Origin: a virus
Virus record (IMG/VR): IMGVR_UViG_3300048565_000032
Direction: 5' to 3' (one strand)
Length of the DNA stretch: 47,761 nt
Part shown: positions 8,027 through 15,020 of the stretch, one piece after another
Position numbering within the stretch: position 1 is the stretch's first letter
Layout: every line of letters starts with the position of its first letter
Notes under the pieces: generated by a model
The model's database searches: none
Seen by the model: the letters and a program-made list of their open reading frames with translations, nothing else
What the model was told of the DNA's origin: nothing
Made by a program: the position numbers and the translations under genes

Positions 8027-8069
8027 GGGGACGTAAGTCTCTCGGGCCGGCGTAGCGTCCCGAGGCGTG
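8027..8069 (+). promoter_or_regulatory. Conserved intergenic element, copy 1: GGGGACGTAAGTC-N12-GTAGCGTCCC-N5-GTG(start)
   Basis: Same two boxes at the same 25-nt offset as at 11564-11605. The arms GGGACG/CGTCCC are inverted. TAGCGT (8053-8058) lies 8 nt upstream of the GTG start at 8067. Confidence 0.45.
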
Positions 8070-8537
8070 ACGACCACCGCAACCGTTCCTGTCATCCGCC
8101 TGTCGTGCGTCGACGAGATGCGCGCCCTGGCCGGTGAGCTGTTCGCGGCCCACTACGACGAGATCACGCGCCACAAGGACGTGTGCAAGCTCGACCCGGA
8201 CTGGGCCGCCTACGAGCGCGTCGAGAAAGCGGGTGCGCTGCTCGCCATCGGCGCCTGGGTCGGGTCGACGATGGTCGGCTACAGCGTCACCATCGTTGTG
8301 CCGCACCTGCACTACGTCGACACGATCCTTGCGCAGAACGACGTCCTCTACGTCGCACCCGAGCATCGTGGCAGCAGCGTCGGCGGCCGGCTGATCAGCG
8401 AGACCGAGCGTCTCGCGAAGGAACGCGGCGCGTCGATCATGACGTGGCACGCGAAGCCGGGCACCGCGCTCGACACCCTCATGACCCGGCTGCGTCGCTA
8501 CTCGGTCCACGAAACCATCTACGCGAGGACGATGTGA
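8067..8537 (+). CDS. GNAT-family N-acetyltransferase
   Basis: YVAPEHRGSSVGGRLISETERLAKERG matches the acetyl-CoA-binding (Q/R)xxGxG/A motif and following helix. Size is 156 aa. Confidence 0.8.
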   Translation: MTTTATVPVIRLSCVDEMRALAGELFAAHYDEITRHKDVCKLDPDWAAYERVEKAGALLAIGAWVGSTMVGYSVTIVVPHLHYVDTILAQNDVLYVAPEHRGSSVGGRLISETERLAKERGASIMTWHAKPGTALDTLMTRLRRYSVHETIYARTM

Positions 8538-8538
8538 C

Positions 8539-8862
8539 ATGGCGATCACCGGCGCGATCACAGCAGGTATCGGCGCGTTGGCTGGCGCCTACAGCGCGGT
8601 CAGCTCGACGCAAGCCGCGGCCAAGTCCCGCAAGCAGCAGCGCGGCGCCCAGGACCAAGCGATCGGGCAGACGCTGAGGCAGGAGCGCAAAGACGACGTC
8701 GCTGCGCGCGCCGCGCAGCAGAACGCACCCGACCCGACGGCGTTGCTCACCGCCGAGCAGAAGGACCGCATCAAGGGCAGCTCACCCTCGATCCTCACCG
8801 GATCCGGTGGCGTGGACCCCAACCGCCTGAAGCTCGGCCGCACAGGCCTGCTCGGGGCTTGA
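8539..8862 (+). CDS. Hypothetical protein with a hydrophobic Gly/Ala-rich N-terminus (107 aa)
   Basis: MAITGAITAGIGALAGAYSAV followed by a charged, Gln/Ala-rich region. Tightly packed between the GNAT and the portal. Confidence 0.5.
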   Translation: MAITGAITAGIGALAGAYSAVSSTQAAAKSRKQQRGAQDQAIGQTLRQERKDDVAARAAQQNAPDPTALLTAEQKDRIKGSSPSILTGSGGVDPNRLKLGRTGLLGA

Positions 8863-8865
8863 TCC

Positions 8866-10593
8866 ATGGCAGAGCGTGGCGACGGCCAAGACGAAGGCTA
8901 CGAGAACAGCAAGCGTCGCTTGTTGCTCCAGCGGTGGCGTCGGCTGAAGGACGAGCGCACCAGCTGGGACTCGCACTGGCGCGAGATCAGCAACTACCTG
9001 CTGCCGCGCAACGGCCGCTTCTTCGTCGACGACCGCAACAAGGGCGGCAAGCGCCACAACCTGATCTACGACAACTCGGCGACGCGTGCGCTGCGGACGC
9101 TCGCGTCCGGCATGCTCGCCGGCGCGACGTCGCCGGCGCGGCCGTGGTTCGCGTTGACGACGACGGATCCCGAGCTGGCGAACGACACCGCGGTCCGCCT
9201 GTGGCTCGACGACAGCGTGAAGCGCATGCTCCGCGTCTTCGCGCTGTCGAACACATACCAAGCGCTGCACCAAATCTACGAGGAGATCGCGGCGTTCGGC
9301 ACCGCGGTTTCGATCGTGGTTCCCGACTACGACAACGTCATCCACCACCACGTCCTGACCGCCGGTGAATACGCGATCCAGCAAGACGAGAAGGGTCGCG
9401 TCAACACGCTGTTCCGCGAGTATCGGATGACCATCGAGCAGATGGTCTCGAAGTTCGGGGTCCAGAACTGCTCGGAGCGGGTGAGGGAAGCCAGCAGGCA
9501 GCAGAACCGACGCGACGAACTGGTGACCGTGATCCACGCCATCGAGCAGCGCCTGAAGCGCGACGCGTCGAAGGCGGACAACCTGAACATGCCGTTCAGG
9601 TCGTGCTACTTCGAGCTGGCGTCGGACGACGATCGTCTGCTGCAGGAGACCGGCTTCGAGACCTTCCCGGCGTTGGCGCCGCGGTGGAACCTCGCCGGCG
9701 GCGACGTCTACGGCAACGGCCCCGGCATGGAGGCGCTCGGCGACATCAAGCAGCTGCAGCAGGAGCAGTTTCGCAAGTCGCAGGGCATCGACTACATGGC
9801 GAAGCCGCCGTTCGCGGCGGACAACTCGTTCGCCGGCATCGACGAGCGGATGCTGCCCGGCAGCATCAACTTCGGCAGTGTGACCGGGACGGGCGGCGGC
9901 ATCCGGCCGGCGTTCGAGGTTCGCCTCGATCTGAACCACCTGCTGACCGACATCTACGACGTGCGCTCGCGCATCAACGGTTCGTTCTACGCGGACCTGT
10001 TCCTGATGCTCTCGCACGCAGGCCCCGACTCGCGCATGACCGCGACCGAGGTCGCAGAGCGGCACGAAGAGAAGCTGTTGATGCTCGGCCCGGTGCTGGA
10101 GCGTCTGCACAACGAACTGCTGCGCCCTCTGATCGACATCACGTTCGCGCGCATGCTCGAAGTCGGCGCGCTGCTACCGCCGCCGCCGGAACTCCAAGGC
10201 GCGGACCTCAGCGTCGAGTTCGTCTCGCTGCTCGCGCAAGCTCAGCGGGCGATCGGCGCGAACAGTCTCGACCGCTTCGTCGGCGCGCTCGGCGTGGTCT
10301 CCGGCATGAAGCAGGAAGTGCTCGACAACTTCGACCAGGACGCTTGGTTCAAGACCTACGCGGGCATGACCGGTGTCGACCCGAAGGTGATCGTCCCCGA
10401 CGACGTGGTCGCGGAAGTGCGGTCGGCGCGGCAGAAGATGCAGGCCGAGCAGATGAAGGCCGAGGCGCGAGCGCAGGAGGCGAAGGCCGCGAAGGATCTC
10501 GCTGCGTCACCGACGGGTGAGAAGAACGCACTCACCGACGTCATGTCGAACCTTCAAGGATACGACAACCCCGCACCCCAGTTCGTGAAATGA
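8866..10593 (+). CDS. Portal (head-to-tail connector, podovirus type)
   Basis: N-terminus RRLLLQRWRRLKDERTSWDSHWREISNYLLPRNGRF is typical of the podovirus connector family. 575 aa, positioned after terL. Confidence 0.85.
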   Translation: MAERGDGQDEGYENSKRRLLLQRWRRLKDERTSWDSHWREISNYLLPRNGRFFVDDRNKGGKRHNLIYDNSATRALRTLASGMLAGATSPARPWFALTTTDPELANDTAVRLWLDDSVKRMLRVFALSNTYQALHQIYEEIAAFGTAVSIVVPDYDNVIHHHVLTAGEYAIQQDEKGRVNTLFREYRMTIEQMVSKFGVQNCSERVREASRQQNRRDELVTVIHAIEQRLKRDASKADNLNMPFRSCYFELASDDDRLLQETGFETFPALAPRWNLAGGDVYGNGPGMEALGDIKQLQQEQFRKSQGIDYMAKPPFAADNSFAGIDERMLPGSINFGSVTGTGGGIRPAFEVRLDLNHLLTDIYDVRSRINGSFYADLFLMLSHAGPDSRMTATEVAERHEEKLLMLGPVLERLHNELLRPLIDITFARMLEVGALLPPPPELQGADLSVEFVSLLAQAQRAIGANSLDRFVGALGVVSGMKQEVLDNFDQDAWFKTYAGMTGVDPKVIVPDDVVAEVRSARQKMQAEQMKAEARAQEAKAAKDLAASPTGEKNALTDVMSNLQGYDNPAPQFVK

Positions 10594-10901
10594 ACGACAC
10601 GCCCTCGAAGAAAATATTCACGCTCAACAGCGAGACGCTGGTCCCGATCGGTCTGATCGCGACCGTCGTCGGGTCGGCAGTCGCTGTCTCGTTCTGGCTC
10701 AACTCGTCTCTGCTCGATCTTCGCTACAACCAGCGTGACACGAACTCTCGCATCGAACAGCTTGCCGCGCAGATCGCCGATCTGAAGGACCAAGGGGCAC
10801 GAACCAACAACGACCGCTGGTCACGTCTCGACATGATCCGCTGGGTCGAGCTGGCCAACGCGAAGAACCCCACCGCGGCGCTTCCCCTCCCTGGAAACTG
10901 A
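10590..10901 (+). CDS. Type-II membrane protein with a coiled-coil ectodomain (i-spanin-like topology)
   Basis: Single N-proximal TM segment LVPIGLIATVVGSAVAVSFWL, then a heptad-like segment RIEQLAAQIADLKDQ. Confidence 0.5.
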   Translation: MNDTPSKKIFTLNSETLVPIGLIATVVGSAVAVSFWLNSSLLDLRYNQRDTNSRIEQLAAQIADLKDQGARTNNDRWSRLDMIRWVELANAKNPTAALPLPGN

Positions 10902-10902
10902 C

Positions 10903-11247
10903 ATGCGTTACTTGCTTTCTCTCACGTTCCTTCTCGCCGCTTGCGGCGTCCTGAACCTCGGCTCGACGAACGCCGACGGCACGCCGAAGACGCCGATCGA
11001 CGCGATGCAGGCGATCCGCGAGGTCGGCGACGCGGCCCTGATCACCTACGGGTCGCAGTGGCTGAAGGAGCACGTCCCCGGTCTCGTCGAGCAGCTCGAC
11101 GCGGACGGCAACGGTCGCCTATCGCTCGCGGAGATCGAGTCGCAGGTCGACCTCAACTCGCCGGGATCTCTGACCACGCTGCTGGTGATCCTCGTGGAAC
11201 TGCACGAGGCGCAGAAGGCACGCAAGGCCGCGGGCCTGTCGGTGTGA
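10903..11247 (+). CDS. Lipoprotein with an EF-hand-like calcium loop
   Basis: Lipobox LLAAC at residues 9-13. Canonical DxDxNGxLxxxE loop DADGNGRLSLAE encoded at 11098-11133. Confidence 0.55.
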   Translation: MRYLLSLTFLLAACGVLNLGSTNADGTPKTPIDAMQAIREVGDAALITYGSQWLKEHVPGLVEQLDADGNGRLSLAEIESQVDLNSPGSLTTLLVILVELHEAQKARKAAGLSV

Positions 11248-11573
11248 GGCGTGTTCACGTCCTCGCGGTGGCGCTGCTCGCGGCTGCGTGCGTGGCAGCG
11301 CCACAGTCGCTTGGCTTCGTCGAGACGGTGCAATCGATGGCGCGCGAAGGCCGCGTCAGCGCAGAGGCGGCGGATGAAGTGGTGAACGCATACCTCGACA
11401 TGCGCGCAGGCCCTTCGTGGTGGGAGCCGTTGCTGCGCGACACCTGGAACTTCGCGCTCCTCCTGCTCGGTTCCGCGGCGTCGGTGATCTGGGTGCGCTA
11501 CGCACCGCCGAAGCTCGGTGGCCGTGGCGCCCCGGAAGTGGCCCGCCAGAAGCAGCGCGCACGGGGGACGTAA
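11244..11573 (+). CDS. Lipoprotein with a C-terminal TM anchor (u-spanin-like topology)
   Basis: GTG at 11244 overlaps the previous stop (GTGA). Has lipobox LLAAAC, a C-terminal TM segment NFALLLLGSAASVIWV and a basic tail. The track lists only the longer 10941 frame. Confidence 0.45.
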   Translation: MRRVHVLAVALLAAACVAAPQSLGFVETVQSMAREGRVSAEAADEVVNAYLDMRAGPSWWEPLLRDTWNFALLLLGSAASVIWVRYAPPKLGGRGAPEVARQKQRARGT

Positions 11574-11605
11574 GTCGATTTCGCAGGGGTAGCGTCCCCG
11601 GCGTG
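11564..11605 (+). promoter_or_regulatory. Conserved intergenic element, copy 2: GGGGACGTAAGTC-N12-GTAGCGTCCC-N4-GTG(start)
   Basis: Identical boxes and 25-nt offset as copy 1. TAGCGT (11590-11595) lies 7 nt upstream of the GTG at 11603. The upstream gene's TAA stop lies inside the first box. Confidence 0.45.
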
Positions 11606-11953
11606 AGTGACTTCGATCCCACCGACCTGGAGCGCCTGCGCATGCTCGAAGAGCGCGCGGAAGACGTTCGTCGGCTCGAACAAGCACGCAAGGTCGACGA
11701 CCTGTTGCTGCTGATGGCCGAGCCTTACGGGCGCCGCTTCGTCTGGGGGCTGATCAACCGCTCAGGGTGCAACCGTCCCTCGATGGACGAGAGCAACCCG
11801 AACCCTCTGACGACTGCCTTCAACGAAGGTCGTCGCCGCGAGGGTCTCGAACTGCAGGTGATCCTCTACGACCGCTGCCCGGACCTCTACGACCGGATGC
11901 TCCGCGAGCGTGTCGACGAACAGAAGCGACTGAAGAAGGAGATCGGATCGTGA
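11603..11953 (+). CDS. Bbp19-like conserved phage protein
   Basis: PYGRRFVWGLINRSGCNRPSMDESNPNPLTTAFNEGRRREGLEL resembles the Bbp19 family found between portal and scaffold in BPP-1-type head modules. In-frame GTG start at 11603. Confidence 0.5.
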   Translation: MSDFDPTDLERLRMLEERAEDVRRLEQARKVDDLLLLMAEPYGRRFVWGLINRSGCNRPSMDESNPNPLTTAFNEGRRREGLELQVILYDRCPDLYDRMLRERVDEQKRLKKEIGS

Positions 11954-12612
11954 GTGGCATCCCCGCACCTGTCACGCCGGCCACGCCGGCTGCACCGACC
12001 CCAGCTGCGCCGGCCGCGCCGCTGCCTTCTGGCGTGCCTGCCGCGCCGCCGACCGCCGCCGCGCCGCCGGCCGCGCCGGCCGCGCCGGCCGCGCCGCCTG
12101 CAGAGCCCGCGAAGTCGTCGGCCCCGCCTGCAGAGCCCGCGAAGCCGTCGGCCCCGCCCGCCTACGCCTTCAAGGACGCGACCGGCCAAGCGGTCGACAC
12201 CGCTGTCACGAAGGCCTACGCGGAGGTCGCCGGCAAGCACGGCATCGCTCCCGAGGCCGCGCAGGAGATTTTCAATCAGGTCATGCCGGCGCTGCAGAAG
12301 CAGATGGCGGACCAAGCCACCGAGGCGCGGAAGAGCTGGCTCGATGCGAGCATGGCCGACCCCGAGTTCGGTGGCGACAAGCTGAAGGGGACGCTGGAGC
12401 TGACGTCGCGCGTGTTCGCGCTCGGACGTCCGACGCTCGGCGCCTTCCTGAAGGAGACCGGCCTCGACAACCACCCGGAGCTGGTTGCGTGGGCCGCGGC
12501 GGTCGGCAAGCGACTGAGTCCCGATGCGCTGGCGGCTGCAACGCCGACCAACGCGCCCGCCACACCCAAGAGCCCCGCCGACGGCTTCTACCCCACCATG
12601 AAGAGGAACTGA
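11950..12612 (+). CDS. Head scaffolding protein (Pro/Ala-rich N-terminus)
   Basis: Lies immediately upstream of the capsid gene. Helical, charged C-terminal half. GTG at 11950 overlaps the previous stop. Contains a 2 x 30-bp tandem repeat at 12095-12154. Confidence 0.55.
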   Translation: MSGIPAPVTPATPAAPTPAAPAAPLPSGVPAAPPTAAAPPAAPAAPAAPPAEPAKSSAPPAEPAKPSAPPAYAFKDATGQAVDTAVTKAYAEVAGKHGIAPEAAQEIFNQVMPALQKQMADQATEARKSWLDASMADPEFGGDKLKGTLELTSRVFALGRPTLGAFLKETGLDNHPELVAWAAAVGKRLSPDALAAATPTNAPATPKSPADGFYPTMKRN

Positions 12613-12615
12613 TCC

Positions 12616-13620
12616 ATGTCCGTCCTGAGTGCCATTCATCCAACCCTGCTCGACGTGAGCCGGCGCACTGCGCCGGACGGCAGCATCGACAAGATCGTCG
12701 AGATGCTGAACATGACCAACCGTGTCCTCGACGACATGGTGTGGGTCGAAGGTAACCTGCCGACCGGCCACAAGGTGACCGCTCGCACCGGTCTGCCGAG
12801 CCCGACGTGGCGCAAGTTCTACGGCGGCGTGCAGCCGACGAAGAGCACCACGGTCCAGGTGACCTCGACCTGCGGCATGCTGCAGGCCTACGCCGAGGTG
12901 GACAAGAAGCTCGCCGATCTGGCGAACAACCAAGCCGAGTTCCGGCTCTCCGAGGACATGGCCCACATCGAGGGCATGAACCAGGAGTTCACGCAGACCC
13001 TGTTCTACGGGAACGAAGGCACGGAGCCCGAGGCCTTCACCGGCTTCGCTCCCGCGTTCAACGCGCGCTCGGGCGTCGGCAACGCCGAGAACGTCATCCA
13101 CGGTGGCAGCGCCGACACCGACAACACGTCGATCTGGCTCGTCATCTGGGGCGTCAACACCGTCTTCGGCATCACGCCGAAGGGATACCCGACCGGCCTG
13201 CAGATGCACGACAAGGGTCAGGTCACGATCGAGAACATCGACGGCCTGGGCGGTCGCGCCGAAGGCTATCGCACCCACTACGAGTGGGACTGCGGCCTGT
13301 GCATCCGCGACTGGCGCTACATCGTCCGCATCTGCAACATCGAAGTCAGTGCGCTGACGAAGAACGCGTCGGCCGGTGCCGACCTGATCGACCTGATCGC
13401 GCAGATGTTGGAGCTGCCGCCGTCACTCTCGATGGGCCGTCCGGTGCTCTACTGCAACCGCACGATCAAGTCGTTCCTGCGGCGCCAGATCGCGAACAAG
13501 GTCGCGGCCTCGACGCTGACGATGGAGCAGGTCGCCGGCAAGCACGTGATGATGTTCGACGGCATCCCGGTCCACCGGGTCGATTCGATCGTCAACACCG
13601 AAGCCCTGGTCCCGGCGTGA
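12616..13620 (+). CDS. Major capsid protein (HK97 fold, BPP-1/epsilon15-like)
   Basis: 334 aa. Position after the scaffold, and N-terminal pattern IDKIVEMLNMTNRVLDDMVWVEGNLPTGHK...GVQPTKS, are typical of this capsid family. Confidence 0.8.
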   Translation: MSVLSAIHPTLLDVSRRTAPDGSIDKIVEMLNMTNRVLDDMVWVEGNLPTGHKVTARTGLPSPTWRKFYGGVQPTKSTTVQVTSTCGMLQAYAEVDKKLADLANNQAEFRLSEDMAHIEGMNQEFTQTLFYGNEGTEPEAFTGFAPAFNARSGVGNAENVIHGGSADTDNTSIWLVIWGVNTVFGITPKGYPTGLQMHDKGQVTIENIDGLGGRAEGYRTHYEWDCGLCIRDWRYIVRICNIEVSALTKNASAGADLIDLIAQMLELPPSLSMGRPVLYCNRTIKSFLRRQIANKVAASTLTMEQVAGKHVMMFDGIPVHRVDSIVNTEALVPA

Positions 13621-13627
13621 TCCGCAG

Positions 13628-13647
13628 CCCGGCGCTTCGGCGCCGGG
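13628..13647 (+). terminator. Stable hairpin just after the capsid gene (8-bp GC stem, TTCG loop), no T tract
   Basis: cccggcgc-ttcg-gcgccggg read directly, 8 nt after the capsid stop. It could attenuate transcription or stabilise the capsid mRNA. Confidence 0.35.
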
Positions 13648-13678
13648 TCACCCCCTCAACCTCAACAGGAACACACCA

Positions 13679-14155
13679 ATGCTCATGGATTCTCGCGCCG
13701 AGTTCACCTCGGGAGCCAGCATGATTCGCACCGCGAGTGCGACTGCGTTCAACATCGGCAACGTGATCGACACCCAGGTCGGGTCCGCGAACACGCTGCA
13801 GAACCTCGGCGAAGACCCGATCTACTTGGTGATCTCGATCACCGCGTCGATCATCACCGCGGGCACCGCCGGCACACTCGTGTTCCGGCTCGTCAGCGAT
13901 GCGGTCAACCCGCCCGACACCGGCACGGCGACCGTGCACTTCACGTCGCCGACCTACGTCACCGACGACGACGCGCTCAACTCGCTCGACGCGGGCATGA
14001 TCCTGGTCTTCGCGCTGCCGCGGCAGAAGACCTACGAGAAGTATCTCGGCCTGCAGGCGATCGCCGCCACGACCGACACGACCGCGGGGTCCATCGTCGC
14101 GTTCCTCTCCGACGACGCCCGGACCTGGGCTGCCTACGCCGACGCCATCAACTGA
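13679..14155 (+). CDS. Capsid cement/decoration protein (Bbp16-like jellyroll)
   Basis: 158 aa directly after the capsid gene. Sequence style (GEDPIYLVISITA...LDAGMILVFALP...YLGLQ) resembles the Bbp16 family. Confidence 0.5.
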   Translation: MLMDSRAEFTSGASMIRTASATAFNIGNVIDTQVGSANTLQNLGEDPIYLVISITASIITAGTAGTLVFRLVSDAVNPPDTGTATVHFTSPTYVTDDDALNSLDAGMILVFALPRQKTYEKYLGLQAIAATTDTTAGSIVAFLSDDARTWAAYADAIN

Positions 14156-14163
14156 GGGTCGCC

Positions 14164-14535
14164 ATGCGAGTTCGCGCCAAGACGTTCGGGTTCTACGCCG
14201 GTCGGCGCATTCGCGCCGGCACGGACTTCAACATCCCTGGCGACACGAAGCCGGCGAAGTGGATGGAGGAGATCCCAGGGCCGGATGTGTCGCCACCGGC
14301 ACCTCCTGCCCCGGCGACATCGGCGCCGGGCGCCGGCGGGCAGCCCCCGCTGACGTCGGCGCAGCTGCCGCCGGCGCCGCTGCACATCCTCCAGCCCGAG
14401 CCGCCGCCGGCGCCCGCCGCCCCGGAGCCCGACACCATGTCCGCCATGACCAAGGCGACGCCCGTGCACCCTCAGGTGTCCGTGGCGCCGCCGGCCGCCC
14501 CTCCGGCGGACGACGAGAAGGATCTCCTGCCATGA
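14164..14535 (+). CDS. Hypothetical protein with a Pro/Ala-rich C-terminal half
   Basis: ORF with a structured ~35-aa N-terminus (MRVRAKTFGFYAGRRIRAGTDFNIPGD) followed by low-complexity sequence. Confidence 0.45.
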   Translation: MRVRAKTFGFYAGRRIRAGTDFNIPGDTKPAKWMEEIPGPDVSPPAPPAPATSAPGAGGQPPLTSAQLPPAPLHILQPEPPPAPAAPEPDTMSAMTKATPVHPQVSVAPPAAPPADDEKDLLP

Positions 14536-15011
14536 TGCTCGACCAACGCTACCGCACCTCGAACGCCCAGGCGATCACCACCTTGAGCGTGGCGTCGACC
14601 GACGTCGTCGACATCGCCTCGGTGCTGCGTGACATCGGCGCCGGCGAACAGCTGGTGATGGACTTCAACGTCGTCGAGGCCTTCGTCGGCAACGGCGGCC
14701 TGATCATCAACAACGTCCTCGACATCACCCCAGCGCTCACCGCGGCGCCGACGTTCGTCGGGTCGTCGGTCCTGCTGAACGCGGCGGACCTGTTCCTCGG
14801 GGCCCACATCTACGTGCCGATCACGATCCTGGGCTCGGCTCAAGCGCTCTACGCGCAGACGGGCGTCAACGCGGGCTTCCCGCTGAAGTATTTCGGCACC
14901 TTCTACAACCTCACGGGCGGCACGTTCAGCGCCGGCAAGATCACGTCGGGTCTGGCGATGGACCCCGTGTCCCGCGTGCGGATGGAGAACCTGAAGGACG
15001 CTCTCAACTGA
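14532..15011 (+). CDS. Second cement-like structural protein (possible paralogue of 13679..14155)
   Basis: ATG at 14532 overlaps the previous stop (ATGA). 159 aa, similar length and C-terminal ending (..DALN versus ..DAIN), with an analogous DIGAGEQLVMDF segment. Confidence 0.4.
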   Translation: MMLDQRYRTSNAQAITTLSVASTDVVDIASVLRDIGAGEQLVMDFNVVEAFVGNGGLIINNVLDITPALTAAPTFVGSSVLLNAADLFLGAHIYVPITILGSAQALYAQTGVNAGFPLKYFGTFYNLTGGTFSAGKITSGLAMDPVSRVRMENLKDALN

Positions 15012-15020
15012 GGCGCCCCC

